Below are positions 61,879-64,000 of a stretch of DNA of 64,000 nucleotides, piece after piece. The notes under the pieces are model-generated. The model ran no database searches, had not been told where the DNA came from, and saw nothing but the letters and a program-made list of their open reading frames with translations. Both the position numbers and the translations under genes were made by a program. The stretch is from positions 14,289 to 78,288 of the forward strand of contig CAYUUT010000004.1 in assembly GCA_964448095.1 (NCBI GenBank). Direction: 5' to 3'. The stretch comes from an uncultured Candidatus Saccharibacteria bacterium (GTDB lineage Bacteria > Patescibacteriota > Saccharimonadia > Saccharimonadales > UBA10212). The number at the start of each line of letters is the position of its first letter. Position 1 is the first letter of the stretch.

Positions 61879-62606
61879 ACTTCGAAGTCTAAAATCAAAG
61901 CCTTGTGGTCAGAGACTACTTCGTCAGAGGCGTAGAACTTTTTAACCTCGATAGCGTGATTGACAAAAATATAATCACAAACCTCGCTCTTGGTTGTCAG
62001 AGCTGTTCTGGTGGTCTTTAGATGATGCTCGACTGATAAATTACGCAGACGCTGGCTGATCAGTCCTATGGACTGGCTATGCGGCGCCAGGTTAAAATCA
62101 CCAGTTAAAATTATTGGACCCCTAAGATCATCTATGTAATCACCCAGTTGTTCCATCTGCCGCAGCGTTTCCGAATTACCATTTTTATGCTCGGCAATCC
62201 AGTAACCGTGGTGGGTCAGAACGTTTAAAGTTTTTCCATCGACTTTGATGACTGCGTGCACAAAATTGCGCATGTTGGCTATCTGCTGCTTATGGTGATT
62301 ATAATCTGGCTCATACTGCATGCTGATAAAAACCACTTCAGAATTTTGGATTGGCCAACGGCTAAGTATGGCGTTGCCATAGTGAGCTACGCTGGACATA
62401 TATTTGAACGAAAATGCTGGGCCGAAAGCTTTGTAGGACAACCCGGCAGCGGCTTGCATCAATTCTAAATTGAGAAACAGGCCAGAGCTTCGATCTAAAC
62501 TAATCCCTTCTTGCGTGCAAATTATGTCGGCTTGTTCCTGCTTAAAAAAGTCGGTAATTGCTCGTTCTAAGCGTCCATTCCAAGTATTTAATTGGATTAA
62601 TTTCAT
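61875..62606 (-). CDS. Endonuclease/exonuclease/phosphatase (EEP) family protein
   Basis: MKLIQLNTWNG...ADIICTQE N-terminal motif and C-terminal SDHKALILDF. The chosen ATG at 62606 overlaps the upstream stop (ATGA). Confidence 0.8.
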   Translation of the reverse strand: MKLIQLNTWNGRLERAITDFFKQEQADIICTQEGISLDRSSGLFLNLELMQAAAGLSYKAFGPAFSFKYMSSVAHYGNAILSRWPIQNSEVVFISMQYEPDYNHHKQQIANMRNFVHAVIKVDGKTLNVLTHHGYWIAEHKNGNSETLRQMEQLGDYIDDLRGPIILTGDFNLAPHSQSIGLISQRLRNLSVEHHLKTTRTALTTKSEVCDYIFVNHAIEVKKFYASDEVVSDHKALILDFEV

Positions 62607-63898
62607 AAGAGAAATTCCTTCCGTAGCCACTCGTCCAGGGAACCGCTGCCACCGGCGCTAAAAGCCAGTACCAAATCACCACTATCCAGATGCGATTTAA
62701 TTGCATTTTTAAGCTCAAGGGTTAACTCAAAAGGCTGTGCGTGGGCCTTTGTAGAATTACTTAACATGTTAAGTAATTTTGTAGGTGTTAAAAGTTCCAA
62801 ATCTTTATTTTCTCTAGCTAAATAGCTAGGTACTATATAGAGCATTTTCACCTTATCGAATAAAGTCGCTAATTCGTCCTTAATAAAGTGCTGGCGAGTG
62901 TTATGCAGGCCCTCATAAACCACCACTACATTGTCTCCGGCAACTTCATTGGCCAGCTGCAGTGCACCGCGGATTTTAGGTGGTGTATGGGCATAATCGC
63001 TGTAAAGATTAGGCGCGATTTGTTCAAAGCGCCGAGACAGACCAGGGAAAGAATTAAGCGTTTGGATTAACTCTGGCAAAGGTCTGCCAATAACTTCTTG
63101 CAGAGCATTGGCTACCAACCAGGCATCCAAACGGTTGACGTGACCTACAAGCTTCAGCTCGTGGTCTATCTGGGGGTCATTTTGGCCCAAAGACTTTAGC
63201 GCCTCAGAACTCTCCAGGCCTAACTTATCCTTATCTTCCTGCCACAGAAAAGTCTGGCGGCTCTGGCCGAGAAACTGCTTAAATGCATCATTGTATTCCT
63301 GCAGGGTGGGATAAATATCTGGATGGTCCCAATCCAGACCACTTATTAAGGACAAATAAGGCCGGAAAGCCAGGAAATTATGATCGTATTCGTCGGCCTC
63401 GTAAATGAAGTACTTACTCTCGGTATCAAAATTACCCATTTCGCCAAAACTAAGTTTAGCTCCGACCGAGTAACTCACCGGCAGCCCTAGTTGCTTGAAT
63501 AGCCACACCGCCATGGCTGTGGTGGTGGTTTTACCGTGCGTGCCCGCGATGGCAATTAGTTTCAGACTTTTATCTTCTATGAGCTGGTTAAGGAACTCAT
63601 CGCGCTTGCTGGTCTTGATGCCATTCTGGCGGCAAAACTCCAGTTCGGCATGGTTAGGGTCGGTTCTGGGCAAAGCTGAGCTGTAGACAAACCAGTCAAT
63701 TGGTTTAGCGGCGTGGATTTTGGCTATTTGTTCGGTTGTTTGACCGATAGTAATGTCGCTAATACCTTTTGATCGCAGATATTCAATATAACTACTGTCG
63801 ACGAGATCGGAGCCAGAAACGTCAAAGCCAGCCTGCTTGGCTATCAGTGCGAGCGGCCCTATGCCGGCTCCGCCAATTCCTGAAAAGAAAATATACAT
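62603..63898 (-). CDS. Mur ligase family protein, MurC/Mpl-like (UDP-N-acetylmuramate--L-alanine ligase-like)
   Basis: IFFSGIGGAGIGPLALIAKQAGFDVSGSD, P-loop AGTHGKTTTTAM, EADEYDHNFL and DWDHPD. At 431 aa it is somewhat shorter than a typical MurC. Confidence 0.8.
   Translation of the reverse strand: MYIFFSGIGGAGIGPLALIAKQAGFDVSGSDLVDSSYIEYLRSKGISDITIGQTTEQIAKIHAAKPIDWFVYSSALPRTDPNHAELEFCRQNGIKTSKRDEFLNQLIEDKSLKLIAIAGTHGKTTTTAMAVWLFKQLGLPVSYSVGAKLSFGEMGNFDTESKYFIYEADEYDHNFLAFRPYLSLISGLDWDHPDIYPTLQEYNDAFKQFLGQSRQTFLWQEDKDKLGLESSEALKSLGQNDPQIDHELKLVGHVNRLDAWLVANALQEVIGRPLPELIQTLNSFPGLSRRFEQIAPNLYSDYAHTPPKIRGALQLANEVAGDNVVVVYEGLHNTRQHFIKDELATLFDKVKMLYIVPSYLARENKDLELLTPTKLLNMLSNSTKAHAQPFELTLELKNAIKSHLDSGDLVLAFSAGGSGSLDEWLRKEFLL
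62755..62778. repeat. Intragenic perfect 24-bp palindrome AATTACTTAACA|TGTTAAGTAATT (variant of the recurrent motif)
   Basis: Exact self-complementarity read directly from the sequence. It lies inside the murC-like CDS and encodes ...LLNMLSN.... Confidence 0.85.
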
Positions 63899-64000
63899 GC
63901 TCCCAGTTTAACTATTTAGATGTTCCTCTGGCAATTGCTTAAAGCTGTCTATCATGGCAACATAAAACTGATAATGCATAAGCTTTGGACTACATGGAAA

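Noticed and set aside
1-64000. Search for CRISPR arrays, rRNA genes, transposases, integrases and obvious prophage or defence-system genes
   Set aside because: I saw no regularly spaced direct repeats. No rRNA-like conserved stretches were visible. No DDE, tyrosine or serine recombinase motifs appeared in any long ORF. The only mobile-DNA hints are the compositional island at 3178-3800 and the tRNA-Asn repeat.

Overview
This 64 kb window is the replication-origin region of a small, gene-dense bacterial chromosome with short intergenic regions, about 50% GC in core genes by eye. The gene content looks monoderm and CPR/Saccharibacteria-like, but that placement is inference only.

The left end holds a classic origin cluster: recF, dnaN and dnaA on the minus strand, facing rpmH, rnpA, yidC and jag on the plus strand. 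DnaA-box clusters lie on both sides of dnaA.

From about 8.8 to 39.3 kb there is a roughly 30 kb cell-envelope glycan supercluster.
- Polymer core: a WbaP-like initiating transferase, five GT4 genes, a 985-aa GT2/coiled-coil/GT2/GT4 polymerase-like protein, the Wzm/Wzt ABC exporter (Wzt carries a C-terminal glycan-binding domain), a coiled-coil methyltransferase and a Wzy_C ligase-like protein.
- Side-chain parts: three GtrA paralogs, two GT2 'lipid-P-sugar synthase' modules (one with a DUF2304 partner and DUF2142, one with a polytopic-membrane/PIG-L deacetylase fusion).
- Precursor genes: glmS, galU, a PMM/PGM, a cytidylyltransferase-like gene, an epimerase and a CapD-like dehydratase.

The right half is housekeeping and transport: a MarR/MFS pair, uppP, a Crp-family regulator, tRNA-Asn, Kef-type, NRAMP and CNNM-type transporters, DsbA, aspS, tsaC, a mazG-like gene, an alkA-like gene and a murC-like gene.

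The most notable observations are:
1. A roughly 620 bp segment of about 65-75% GC carries one secreted DUF11/CARDB-like gene and sits exactly between dnaN and recF.
2. An AT-rich 18-24 bp palindrome (AAATACTTAAC-AA-GTTAAGTATTT) recurs at gene 3' ends and often contains the stop codon.
3. A cobalamin-riboswitch-like leader precedes a DUF4430 protein and a small membrane protein.
4. The glycan machinery resembles capped, ABC-exported O-antigen or S-layer-glycan pathways.
5. The bacterial-type AspRS precisely lacks the GAD insertion domain.

I saw no CRISPR array, rRNA, transposase or integrase.
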